DNA of 51,485 bases from Candidatus Woesearchaeota archaeon (GTDB lineage Archaea > Nanobdellota > Nanobdellia > Woesearchaeales > DSVV01): the NCBI GenBank assembly GCA_018303075.1, contig JAGVYW010000042.1:1-51485 (forward strand), in the 5' to 3' direction. Positions 18,439-29,400 of the stretch are shown one piece after another. Within the stretch, counting starts at the first letter, position 1. The number at the start of each line of letters is the position of its first letter. The position numbers were made by a program, and so were the translations under genes. The notes under the pieces are model-generated. The model worked only from the letters and a program-made list of their open reading frames with translations, searched no databases and was not told the DNA's origin.

Positions 18439-21400
18439 ATGCAGAAACCTAAAAAAATATTAGTAATTGGCAGCGGAGCATTGATGATAGGACAAGCAGG
18501 AGAATTTGATTTTTCTGCATCACAATGTTTAAAATCACTTAAAGAAGAGCAAATTGAAACAGTTTTAATCAACCCTAATATTGCTACTATCCAAACTAGC
18601 GAGGGAATGGCTGATAAAATATATTTTCTTCCAATAACGCCATACTTTGTTGAGAAAATTATCGAAAAAGAAAAACCAGAAGGGATTCTTCTAAGTTTTG
18701 GCGGGCAAACTGCATTGAACTGCGGATTAGATCTAGATAAAGCTGGAGTGTTTGCAAGATATGGCGTGCAAGTACTTGGCACTCCTGTTAAAAGTATCCG
18801 TGACACTGAAGATAGAGAATTATTTGTAAAAAAGCTACAAGAAATCAATGTAAAGACAGCAAAAAGCTTTGCCGTGAGAAATGTTGCTGATGCATTAAAA
18901 GCTGCACAACAAATAGGATATCCAGTTATGGTGCGATCGGGGTTTTCACTTGGTGGAAGAGGATCAGGTGTTGTTTATGATGAAACAGAGATATTTGAAA
19001 CCAGCCAAAAAGCATTAGCTAATGTTGAACAGATCTTAATTGAAGAATATCTAGGCAGCTGGAAAGAGATAGAATATGAAGTAGTCAGAGATTGTTATGA
19101 TAACTGCATCACTGTATGCAATATGGAAAATTTTGATCCTATGGGAATACATACAGGAGAAAGCATTGTTGTTGCGCCTTCACAGACATTAGATAATAAT
19201 GAATATCATATGCTGAGGGAGATTTCCCTTAAAGTGATACGCCATCTTGGCATCATTGGCGAATGCAATATCCAATATGCACTGCATCCTGAATCAAGAG
19301 AGTATAGAGTAATTGAGGTAAATGCAAGGCTTTCACGAAGTTCTGCACTTGCTTCTAAAGCAACAGGGTATCCATTAGCTTTTGTTGCTGCAAAATTAGC
19401 ATTAGGATATTCGCTGCTTGAGATAAAAAATAATATCACAAAAATAACAACTGCATGCTTTGAGCCTGCATTGGATTATATTGTTGTTAAAATCCCGCGC
19501 TGGGATCTAAAAAAGTTTAAAGATGTTGACAAGAGAATCGGAAGCGAGATGAAATCTGTCGGCGAAGTTATGGCTATAGGAAGATGCTTTGAAGAAACAA
19601 TCCAGAAAGCTATCAGAATGCTGAACATACAAGCAGAAGGATTGGTTTGCAATGGAAATGAATTTACTGAATTTAATGATATAAAGGATATAAGGAATGC
19701 ATTGAAACATCCTACAGATAGAAGAATCTTTGCGATTGTCGAAGCAATGAAACAAGAAATTCCTATCGATGAGATTGCATTATTGACTGGAATCGATAAA
19801 TTTTTTCTATATAAGATAATGAATATCATTAAGATGGAAAAGAGATTGTGTGAGGATATATTAACTCCTGAATTATTGATGCAAGCAAAAAAAATAGGAT
19901 TTAGTGATAAACAAATCGGAATATTGCTGCATAAAGAAGAAGCAGAGATCTGTACATATAGGATGCAGCACAAGATAATGCCATTTATCAAGCAAATAGA
20001 TACATTGGCTGCTGAATATCCCGCACAAACAAATTATCTTTATCTGACTTATAATGCTAACGAACATGATATTACACCATCTTCAGGGACTAATAATAAT
20101 TCTGTTCTTGTGCTTGGAAGCGGCGCATATAGAATAGGATCAAGCGTAGAATTTGATTGGTGCTGTGTAAGCTGTGTAAAAGCATTGAAAAAAATAGGTA
20201 AAGAAACAATAATGATAAACTGCAATCCAGAAACAGTGTCAACTGATTATGATGAATGTGATAGGCTTTATTTTGAAGAACTAACACTAGAAACAGTAAT
20301 GCAGATCCATTATTTTGAAAAACCTTATTGTGTTATTATATCAATGGGAGGGCAAATACCTAATAATTTAGCAATTGACCTTTATAAAAATAATATACAT
20401 ATTCTAGGAACTTCAGCTGAAAACATCGACTGTGCTGAAGATAGACATAAATTTTCAAAACTGCTTGATAGATTACAGATTGAACAACCACAATGGATTG
20501 AAACAGCATCGATAACTGAAGCTAAGAAGTTTGCAGAAGCAGTAACATATCCAATATTGATCAGACCAAGCTATGTATTGAGCGGAGCTGCAATGAATGT
20601 ATTGTATAATGAGGAATATCTTGATATTTATCTAAGAGAAGCAGTTGCACTTAATCCAAAACATCCTGTTGTGATAACAAAATTCATCGAACATGCAAAA
20701 GAGATTGAAATAGATGCAGTTGCACAGAATGGAGAAATAATCATCTTTGCAATAAGCGAGCATATTGAACATGCTGGAGTACATTCTGGTGATGCAACAA
20801 TGGTGCTGCCATGCCAAAAGATCTATGTTGAAACTTCCAGAAAAATAGAGGATTATGCAAGGAAGATCGCAAAAGCATTAGAAATCACAGGACCATTTAA
20901 TATCCAGTTTCTTGCACAGGATAATTATGTCAAGGTTATCGAATGTAATCTGCGAGCATCAAGGAGTTTTCCATTCTGCTCAAAGGTAACAAATTATAAT
21001 TTTATAGATATTGCTACTAAAGTAATGCTTAGAGAATTTGGTATGAATGTTGAATATATTGGAGATGCTACGAAAGACATAAATTATGTTGGTGTAAAAG
21101 CAGCACAATTCTCTTTTTCTAGGCTAAAGAAAACAGATCCTGTTGTTGGAGTAGAGATGCGCTCAACTGGAGAAGCTGCATGCTTTGGAAATGATATTGA
21201 TGAAGCATTGTTGAAATCATTAGCAGCAACTGGATTTTCAATACCGCAAAAAAGCATATTAGTCAGCATTTCTGGAGATAAAAATAGGTTTAGACTTATT
21301 AATGAATTAAGAAGGTTGTATGAGAATGGATATTTGCTGTATGCAACAGAACATACATCAGCATTTTTAACTGCAAATGGAATTGCAAATTACAGACTTT

Positions 21401-21675
21401 ATAAAATACAGGATAAGATAGAACCAAATGTGTTAAGCTATATCCGACAGCAAAGGGTTGATCTTGTAATCAGTATGCCTGAAGAGAGCGAAGGAGAACT
21501 AAAAACAGATAGTTTCATCATCAGAAGAACTGCAATTGATTTTTCTGTGCCTTTAATCAATAATGTACAGCTTGCAAAAGCAGTCATTGATGCAATACTT
21601 CGGAAAAAACAAGAGGAATTACTGCCATTGGCATTAGATGAATATGTTCCAAAAAGAACTATTGTGAATAATTGA
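18439..21675 (+). CDS. carB: Carbamoyl-phosphate synthase large subunit
   Basis: IGQAGEFDFS, GIHTGESIVVAP, EVNARLSRSSALASKATGYP, NPETVSTDYD, GVHSGDA and MGS-like C-terminus. Confidence 0.98.
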   Translation: MQKPKKILVIGSGALMIGQAGEFDFSASQCLKSLKEEQIETVLINPNIATIQTSEGMADKIYFLPITPYFVEKIIEKEKPEGILLSFGGQTALNCGLDLDKAGVFARYGVQVLGTPVKSIRDTEDRELFVKKLQEINVKTAKSFAVRNVADALKAAQQIGYPVMVRSGFSLGGRGSGVVYDETEIFETSQKALANVEQILIEEYLGSWKEIEYEVVRDCYDNCITVCNMENFDPMGIHTGESIVVAPSQTLDNNEYHMLREISLKVIRHLGIIGECNIQYALHPESREYRVIEVNARLSRSSALASKATGYPLAFVAAKLALGYSLLEIKNNITKITTACFEPALDYIVVKIPRWDLKKFKDVDKRIGSEMKSVGEVMAIGRCFEETIQKAIRMLNIQAEGLVCNGNEFTEFNDIKDIRNALKHPTDRRIFAIVEAMKQEIPIDEIALLTGIDKFFLYKIMNIIKMEKRLCEDILTPELLMQAKKIGFSDKQIGILLHKEEAEICTYRMQHKIMPFIKQIDTLAAEYPAQTNYLYLTYNANEHDITPSSGTNNNSVLVLGSGAYRIGSSVEFDWCCVSCVKALKKIGKETIMINCNPETVSTDYDECDRLYFEELTLETVMQIHYFEKPYCVIISMGGQIPNNLAIDLYKNNIHILGTSAENIDCAEDRHKFSKLLDRLQIEQPQWIETASITEAKKFAEAVTYPILIRPSYVLSGAAMNVLYNEEYLDIYLREAVALNPKHPVVITKFIEHAKEIEIDAVAQNGEIIIFAISEHIEHAGVHSGDATMVLPCQKIYVETSRKIEDYARKIAKALEITGPFNIQFLAQDNYVKVIECNLRASRSFPFCSKVTNYNFIDIATKVMLREFGMNVEYIGDATKDINYVGVKAAQFSFSRLKKTDPVVGVEMRSTGEAACFGNDIDEALLKSLAATGFSIPQKSILVSISGDKNRFRLINELRRLYENGYLLYATEHTSAFLTANGIANYRLYKIQDKIEPNVLSYIRQQRVDLVISMPEESEGELKTDSFIIRRTAIDFSVPLINNVQLAKAVIDAILRKKQEELLPLALDEYVPKRTIVNN

Positions 21676-21732
21676 ATATAAATAAATACGAATAATATGA
21701 ATAATTAAAATAACTAAAGAAGTGGTGATTGC

Positions 21733-21876
21733 ATGAACTTTATCAATAGAGACGTAATATCAATTAGTGATTTTTCAAAAGAAGAGATTCTTTTTATCTT
21801 AGAAACTGCAGAAAAAATCGAAAAGCAAGAAAGATTTGCAGACAGAAATGAATATGAAAAAGAGATTACAAAATAA
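21733..21876 (+). pseudogene. pyrB: Collapsed aspartate carbamoyltransferase (pyrB, possibly pyrB-pyrI) relic, 47 aa
   Basis: GGTGA SD, then MNFINRDVISISDFSKEEILFILETAEKIEK (PyrB N-terminus), QERFADRNEYEK (PyrB 240s-loop-like) and EITK*. Confidence 0.85.
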
Positions 21877-21897
21877 ATTTATTTAGATGTGAAAAAG

Positions 21898-22845
21898 ATG
21901 AATGAAATAAAAAATAAATTTAAGACAAGTATTGCAGGATTTCAATTACATAATTATTTGTTTAATGCATCTGGACCAAGATGCATGACATTGGAAGAAT
22001 TAATTGCATTAGGAGAATCAAGAAGCAGTGTAATACTTTCAAAATCATGCACACTGCTTCCAAGAGAAGGTAATCCTGAGCCGCGATATTTTGATCTACC
22101 ACTTGGTTCAATCAATTCAATGGGCTTGCCAAATCTTGGATATAAGAAATATGTAGAGTTTGCTCCTCTGCTGAGAAGATATAATAAACCTTATTTTGTA
22201 AGTGTTTCTGGTTTGAGTTTAGCTGATAATATCACAATGATTTCTGAGCTATCTGAAGTTCCAGAGATAGATGCGTTTGAATTAAATCTTTCCTGTCCAA
22301 ATGTTATCGGAAAACCACAAATAGGATATGATTTTGAACAAACTAAGCAAGTATTAGATGAAGTTATGAAAATCACAAAAAAACCATTTGGTGTAAAACT
22401 GCCGCCGTATTTTGATTTTGTGCATTTTGAAGAAATGGCAAAGATACTTAATAAACATAATATAGCTTTTGTCACATGCATCAATTCAATAGGAAACGGG
22501 CTTTTTGTTGATGCTGATACTGAAAAAGCAGTAATAAAACCAAAAGGAGGATTTGGTGGATTAGGAGGAGAATACGTTAAGCCAACTGCATTAGCAAATG
22601 TAAAGAAATTTTATGAATTGCTACGAAAAGATATTGCAATTATTGGTGTAGGAGGCATTGCTAGTGGAATGGATGCGTTTGAATTTTTATTATGCGGGGC
22701 AAGCGCTGTGCAGATTGCAACTGCATATCAAAAAGAAGGAACTGCTGTATTTGCAAGAATTGAAAAAGAATTTATCGAGTTTTTAGAGAAGAAAGAATAC
22801 AATAGTCTTAGTGAAGCAAAAGGAAAGCTGAAGATTTACGAATGA
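21898..22845 (+). CDS. pyrD: Dihydroorotate dehydrogenase, class 1A-like
   Basis: NASG, GNPEPRY, SINSMGLPNLG, LNLSCPNV, VKLPPY and GFGGLGGEYVKPTALANV motifs. Confidence 0.95.
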   Translation: MNEIKNKFKTSIAGFQLHNYLFNASGPRCMTLEELIALGESRSSVILSKSCTLLPREGNPEPRYFDLPLGSINSMGLPNLGYKKYVEFAPLLRRYNKPYFVSVSGLSLADNITMISELSEVPEIDAFELNLSCPNVIGKPQIGYDFEQTKQVLDEVMKITKKPFGVKLPPYFDFVHFEEMAKILNKHNIAFVTCINSIGNGLFVDADTEKAVIKPKGGFGGLGGEYVKPTALANVKKFYELLRKDIAIIGVGGIASGMDAFEFLLCGASAVQIATAYQKEGTAVFARIEKEFIEFLEKKEYNSLSEAKGKLKIYE

Positions 22846-22859
22846 TTTGGGGTAACTCA

Positions 22860-24818
22860 ATGGAAAATGATACAAGATTATTATTAGAGAATTGCACAGT
22901 TGTAAATACAGACGGAATGTTTTCAAAGAAAAATATCTTTATTGAAAATGGAAAGATTACAAAGATTGAAAGTAATAATTTTGTCAATAATGTTTCGTAT
23001 AAAGTTATTGACTGTACTGGGAAACTTGTACTGCCTGGATTAATCGACTGCCATGTACACTTTCGTGATCCTGGATTTCCAGAAAAAGAAGATTTTTTTA
23101 CTGGAAGCTCTGCTGCAGCTGCAGGAGGAGTAACTTCTGTGTTAGAAATGCCAAATACATCTCCTACGACGTTTAATCGAGAATTGCTTCAACAAAAGAG
23201 AGATATCGCAAACCATAAAAGTGCTGTGAATTATGGTTTTTACATAGGAGCAGCAGCTGATAATCTTGAAGAGCTACTGCTGGCTGAGAATATTGCCGGG
23301 ATAAAAGTGTATATGAATCTTACAACAGGAAAATTAATAATAGAAAATGATGCTAATCTGCAGAAAATATTTTCTCTAAACAATAAACTTTTTGCCGTGC
23401 ATGCTGAAGGAAAAACATTTGCAAAAGCATTATCTTTATTCCATGGAAATAATTCATCTAAATTATACTTGTGCCATACTTCTTTACAATCAGAAATTGA
23501 GATGATTAGAAAAGAGAAAGCAGCTGGAAAAATGGTTTATGGTGAGGTTTGTCCGCATCATCTTATTTTCACAAAAGATGATTTGACTAGACTTGGTGGA
23601 TATGGCGTTATGAAGCCTGCATTGGCAACTAATGTCGACAGAAATGCTCTTTGGGCAGCAATAAATGATGGCACAATTGATGTGCTCGCAACTGACCATG
23701 CACCGCATACAAGAGCTGAGAAGAATTGTGATAATCCTGCGTTTGGAGTTATTGGGATTGAATTATTGCTGCCATTAGCATTGACATGGTATCATGAAGG
23801 AAGATTAAGCCTTAGAAAAATAATAGAATTGTGCTGCGAGAATCCTTGCAGAATCTTTGAGATAAAAAACAAAGGTTATCTTAGAGAAGGATATGATGCT
23901 GATATTGTCATTGTTGATCTAGCTGCTGAGAAGATTGTCAATGATGAACTTCTTTTTTCAAAAGCAAAAGGTTCTCCATATAATTGGATGAAATTAAAAG
24001 GATTGCCTGTGATAACAATTGTTAATGGCAATATTGTGTTTGAAGACGGCAGAATCAATGAATCAATAAAAGGAAAAGAATTGATTTTTGAACAAGATGA
24101 AACTGAAAAAGAAAATAAAACTAGGGTAAAAAGCGATTCAAATGTAGATATTGGAGAGAGTATTGCAGTTGGAGAAGATATAACTGAAAAGACTGCAGAG
24201 ATATTATTAGATACAAAAGCAATAATTGTCAATGCAGAAAAACCATATAGATATGTATCTGGAATACTAAGCCCTATCTATTGCGATAATAGAATCCTGC
24301 TGTCTTATCCTGACAAAAGAAAAATTATAGTTGAGAGCTATCTTGCATTGCTTGAAAGAGAAGATGTACAATTTGATGTTGTTGCCGGGGTTGCAACTGC
24401 AGGAATACCTTGGGCAGCAATGATAGCAAACAGATTGGATAAGCCATTGATATATGTCAGAGCTGAGAAGAAAGAACATGGAAAGCAGAATGCAATAGAG
24501 GGTGAGTTGGGAATCGGACAAAGAGTATTGGTTGTTGAAGATTTGATATCTACTGGAGGAAGCAGCTTGAAAGCAGTGCAGCAGATTAGAGATGCACAAG
24601 GCATTGTTGACAATTGTATTGCAATAATGAATTATGAATTTGAGGATAGCAGAAATAAATTTAATGAGAAAGGCTGTACTTTGCTGTCATTAACTAATTT
24701 CTCTGCTCTCAGCAAAAAGGTATTGGATAGAAAATATATTAATCTAGCTGACTATAACAAAATAAAAGAATGGAATACAATACCAAAAGAATGGGGAAAG
24801 AAATTTGGGTTTGAATGA
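22860..24818 (+). CDS. Dihydroorotase - orotate phosphoribosyltransferase fusion (PyrC-PyrE)
   Basis: DCHVHFRDPG, IKVYM, VHAE and ATDHAPH, then a linker, then SGILSPIYCDNR, YVRAEKKEHG and VVEDLISTGGS, all in one frame. Confidence 0.93.
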   Translation: MENDTRLLLENCTVVNTDGMFSKKNIFIENGKITKIESNNFVNNVSYKVIDCTGKLVLPGLIDCHVHFRDPGFPEKEDFFTGSSAAAAGGVTSVLEMPNTSPTTFNRELLQQKRDIANHKSAVNYGFYIGAAADNLEELLLAENIAGIKVYMNLTTGKLIIENDANLQKIFSLNNKLFAVHAEGKTFAKALSLFHGNNSSKLYLCHTSLQSEIEMIRKEKAAGKMVYGEVCPHHLIFTKDDLTRLGGYGVMKPALATNVDRNALWAAINDGTIDVLATDHAPHTRAEKNCDNPAFGVIGIELLLPLALTWYHEGRLSLRKIIELCCENPCRIFEIKNKGYLREGYDADIVIVDLAAEKIVNDELLFSKAKGSPYNWMKLKGLPVITIVNGNIVFEDGRINESIKGKELIFEQDETEKENKTRVKSDSNVDIGESIAVGEDITEKTAEILLDTKAIIVNAEKPYRYVSGILSPIYCDNRILLSYPDKRKIIVESYLALLEREDVQFDVVAGVATAGIPWAAMIANRLDKPLIYVRAEKKEHGKQNAIEGELGIGQRVLVVEDLISTGGSSLKAVQQIRDAQGIVDNCIAIMNYEFEDSRNKFNEKGCTLLSLTNFSALSKKVLDRKYINLADYNKIKEWNTIPKEWGKKFGFE

Positions 24819-24833
24819 GAGTGTCAAAGCAAA

Positions 24834-25223
24834 TTATTTTATCAGTATAACCTCTTTCAAAATCTTAAAATAATAATCTCCTGTGACTATCTTTGCGCCT
24901 ATCTTCTTTGCAGTTAGAATTATAAAAACATCTGCTAAACTTATTTTTTTATTTAACCCTCTCATCTGAAGGTATAATTCTCCAATTTCATCTGCAAATG
25001 CCAAATCAGGATAATAAATTGCTGAGAGCGAGATAATCACTTTTCTGGCTTCACTAAACATCACTTTTTTCCTCTTAAAATGACATGAAAGTTCTGCAAT
25101 AGTAATTATATTTGTATAAATTACATTATTATTGCTTTCAACAATTGACTTTACTCTTTCACCTGCTTCTGTTCCAGAAAAATATTCAACCCATGCACTT
25201 GCATCTATGACAAAGTTATTCAT
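24834..25223 (-). CDS. vapC: VapC/PIN-domain toxin
   Basis: VIDASAWVE, TIAEL, SLADVFI and IVTGD acidic PIN motifs. Confidence 0.9.
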   Translation of the reverse strand: MNNFVIDASAWVEYFSGTEAGERVKSIVESNNNVIYTNIITIAELSCHFKRKKVMFSEARKVIISLSAIYYPDLAFADEIGELYLQMRGLNKKISLADVFIILTAKKIGAKIVTGDYYFKILKEVILIK

Positions 25224-25423
25224 TTTTCCAATTGCCCCTTAAATGCATCTTCTTTAGTAAAAGGTACTAAACCTTTGTGTAAACCAAAGCCACTCTTTCT
25301 TATTTTTTCTATTTCTATCTTTATTATCTGATTTTCTATTAATCCTTCTTTCTCTACAATATTTCTTGGAATAGTAACCATTAATGAACCGCCTATCTTC
25401 CTTGTTTTAGTAATTGCTTCCAT
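25220..25423 (-). CDS. AbrB/MazE-type antitoxin
   Basis: TRKIGGSLMVTIPRNIV..EGL. 4-nt overlap with vapC. Confidence 0.88.
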   Translation of the reverse strand: MEAITKTRKIGGSLMVTIPRNIVEKEGLIENQIIKIEIEKIRKSGFGLHKGLVPFTKEDAFKGQLEK

Positions 25424-25519
25424 ATAATATTAAATATAATTAAGTTATATATAAAGTTTTCTCTTGTTTATTTGCAAATATTTTTATACACCTGCCTGTT
25501 TCTTTAATTAGGTGATTAT

Positions 25520-26395
25520 ATGACTCAACAAGAAACTTATGCTGAAAAATTAACACGATTAGCAAAAGAAAGAAAAAGCATCATCTGTGTTGGGTTAGAT
25601 CCTGAGATTGATAAGATTCCTTTGCATGGAGAGATTGAAGATGTTGTGTTTACATTCTACAGAAATATTCTTCAGGCAATGATTGATGAGAATGTAAAGC
25701 CAGCGATTGTCAAGCCAAATTATGCTTTTTATTTTCAGCATGGCTTTGAAGGATTAAAAGCATTGCAAAGGATTGTTGGATTCTGCCATGAGAATGATAT
25801 CCCTATAATATTAGATGCAAAAGTTGGTGACATAAATAAAACAGCACAAGCTTATGCAAAAGGAATATTTGACTGGTTGAAAGTAGACGCTGTTACTGTT
25901 AATGCTTATATGGGCAGAGATGTGCTTGAGCCATTTTTTCCATATTGCAGAGAAGGAAAAGGAGTATATGGATTATTGAAAACATCAAATGAAAGTTCCG
26001 GAGAATTACAAGATTTAGAGTTGAAAGACGGCAAAAAGGTTTATCTGGCAGCTGCTGATATTCTTGCTGGAATTTATTCAAAAAAAGAGGTTACTTCTGG
26101 ATCATTAGGGGGTGTTGTTGGAGCAACTTATCCTATTCAGCTGCAAGAATTGAATGATTATTTTGTTTCTCGGAATGTTGTTGTACCACTACTGATTCCA
26201 GGTGTAGGAAAACAAGGTGGAAGTGCTGCAGATGTTGTTCAAGCACTTGGCGGAAAAAAGAATGAAAATATCTGGATGCATAGAATAAATGTTTCTTCTG
26301 GATTTAGTGAAGCATACATTGCACAGAAAACAACAGATTATGCTGGAGCTGCTGTGAAAGAATTGAAGCGATTGAATAAAGAAGTTGGGCCGTAA
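25520..26395 (+). CDS. pyrF: Orotidine-5'-phosphate decarboxylase
   Basis: CVGLDP, KPNYAFY, LDAKVGDI, KTSN, VVGATYP and LIPGVGKQGG motifs. Confidence 0.95.
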   Translation: MTQQETYAEKLTRLAKERKSIICVGLDPEIDKIPLHGEIEDVVFTFYRNILQAMIDENVKPAIVKPNYAFYFQHGFEGLKALQRIVGFCHENDIPIILDAKVGDINKTAQAYAKGIFDWLKVDAVTVNAYMGRDVLEPFFPYCREGKGVYGLLKTSNESSGELQDLELKDGKKVYLAAADILAGIYSKKEVTSGSLGGVVGATYPIQLQELNDYFVSRNVVVPLLIPGVGKQGGSAADVVQALGGKKNENIWMHRINVSSGFSEAYIAQKTTDYAGAAVKELKRLNKEVGP

Positions 26396-26426
26396 GAAGA
26401 GAAAAATAAAAAAAATAAAAAAATGT

Positions 26427-29400
26427 TTATTTTTGTTTCTTTTTATAATATACTACTCCTACAATAATCACAACAATCAGTACAAGTACAACTAATGCAC
26501 CCATTCCTGAACCTGCTCCTCCAAATAATTGGTCAAATGCTTTTCCAGCTAAATCTCTTTTTGTTTTTTTGTCAACTTTCTTTGCAGTTTCTCTTGTCTC
26601 TCTTCTCTCTGCTTTTACAGAAGTTTCAGTTGTTGTTTCTGCTACAACTGAAGCAGGTGTAGTTTCTTTAGCTACTTCTTTTTTAGGTGTTGGTTCAGCT
26701 GGCACTGCAGGTGCTACTGGAGTTGCTACAGGAGGTGTTACTATAGGAGTACTGCTTCCTCCACCGCTACCTCCATTGTTGTTATCTCCTCCACCTGAAT
26801 ATACATTTATATAATGTCCTGAGTAACCAATAGATGTTGGAATCTTACATTCTGTTTCTGTTGTGTTTCCTGTGCAATTTACATAAGCTGTGCTGTCTGT
26901 ACAATCAGAGATGTTATCTTCATCACAATGCTTAAATATATTGTTTGCATTGTATGCAACTGGAAATTCTTCAATTATATAATCATTAGCTCCACCCATA
27001 CCAAAACTAAACAAGTTTTCTGACCATGCTTCTTCATCTGAATCCATACCAATCATTTTTTGGGTAGTATTACATACTAATTTATTTTGCAAGTCAATGT
27101 CTTGCGGCTGTGTAATATCTACTCCAACAAAAGTCATGTCATAATTGCCATCGTCACATTCAATTGTCATATTACAGTTTTTTGTTATAGATGTATTTAC
27201 TTTAATTGCATAACTTCCATTCCAATTTGTTTTATTATATCCATTGCACATCAAGTCAACTTCATAACCTGCGTCTAAATCCAAATCAAATAAAACTTTT
27301 TTAGTTTCTGTTTTTGTTGTAAAATTCAAACATGCACTTTTTGCTGTATTATTAGATGGATCAATTACTCTTGTCTTAAAGAAATAATCAGTTCCTGTTT
27401 GTAATGAATAACCAAGAATGTTATAGTCCAGATTTATTCCATGAAATGGTTTGTAGTCATCAAAAGTAAATGATGGATCTCCTAAATCATCTAATGTTGC
27501 GTTTACTGTAACACATGAAGAGTCATTGAAATAAAACAATACTGCTCCTTTTGCCGGCTCATCTGTATCAAATTTAATAAATGCACCATCTGACCATTCA
27601 TCAACCATCTGGAATAATACCATTGGTGATTTCTTATCATTTGCATTAGCTATAAAATTAAATGAACCTCCGCATTTAGGCATTGGTGTACAGATTGGGT
27701 CATCACAGTCAACTAAATCATCATTATTGTCATCTTTATTATTAAAGCAGTCTTCAAATGACATAAATCCTTTATCCTTGATAAACGCACATTCTTCATC
27801 TGTACTTGCAGGTTTTCCATCTCCATCTATATCAGGATCTCCTGGACAGAAACAACACTCTGGTTTCCAATCAACTGTGCCTTTTGTATAATAACCAGGT
27901 CCAGCAGAATCTGTGATAAATGTAGCATTATGCCCTGATATAACAAATACCCTCATAACTTCACTTGCATTGTACATTGTTGTGTAACTCTCTAAATCTT
28001 CATAACTAACAGCGATACCAGCACCACCAACCATCTGACATGAAATTCCCCTATCAACATATAATGCCACACTTGTTGGCGACCAGCTTCCACCTGAACA
28101 TTTATAGAATGTTTTTGTATCAGTTGTCTTGTTTTGTGTTGACCATTGCTCTAAATAATTTATCATAAACTCAAAACCTTGCAATTTATTTCCGTCTTGG
28201 TCAGTTGCATTACAGTTATTTGATGAGTTTCCATCAGTATCTAAATACCAAATAAATCTTGTAGTATTAGTTCCATTGTTTACTGCAGTAGGCAAACCCA
28301 TTTCATTATAAAAATGAGTTGGTTTTCCATTACACATAGCTGCTTTTTTTGTTTGTGTTACTCCAATTCCAAAACCAAGTTCTTGTCCTAAATCCTTAAT
28401 ACCAAAATATCTTATATCTACTGCTTCTAATGTATCATTTTGCTCTGTTGTACTTGTTCCCCAACCTGTTGGTGTATTCCAGTCTTGTTTACCTGGCTCA
28501 GAAGGAATTGGCCCAACATCAGTATCATCTCCTAAATGGAAAAACTCCATGTTATTAAAAATTCCTTGTGCATTTTGAATAGGCCCCATCATTATTCCCC
28601 CACCAAAAGGATTTGCTGCTCCGCCTCCACCAAAACCAGCACCCGCAAATTTATCCCCTCCTGATTTTGGGTCACAAAGCTCTTCTCCTGTACTATTATA
28701 ATATTGACAAGATGGTTTTTCTTCACAAGCTGTTATATTTCCATCATAGTCTGCGCAATCTGCATAGAATGAAGGATCACATGCAGTTTCTACCCATTCA
28801 CACATAGGTTTACTATCAACACATCCTGTACTGTTAAAATTAGAGTTGAAACAATTTGGCTCACAATGTCCACCCATTCCTTCCATCATTGGCCCCATAA
28901 AATCATTTGACCATGTACAATTTCCATTAGCACTACAACTTGATGAGTTCCATAATTGATGACATTGTGTAAAGATTGAAAAATCACAAAATCCTGGTCC
29001 TCCACCAACACCATCTGGATCACTCCAACTACAATATTGGTTTTGACTACAATTTGTAGTATTTAACCCATTACATACTTTTCCAGTTGATTTCTTTACA
29101 TCACACCATCCAGCGCCTGGTCCGTCTTCTACTGTTAAATTAACCCATCTACAACCAGATGTAGCATTACACATTACTTCATTTTCTTCAAATGACCAGC
29201 ATTGCTCTCCTGGATTTGCACATCTTAATGAATTTGACCAAGTATCAGATATCCATGTACAATTATAGTTCTGCCCAGCTAATATTACTTGTCCATTAGC
29301 GCATGTAGCATTGGAATTATATTGTCCACAATTTCCAAATGAATCTCCTCCGCATGCTTTATCAAATGAGCAATCTTTATCATTACAATCAGTGCTATCA

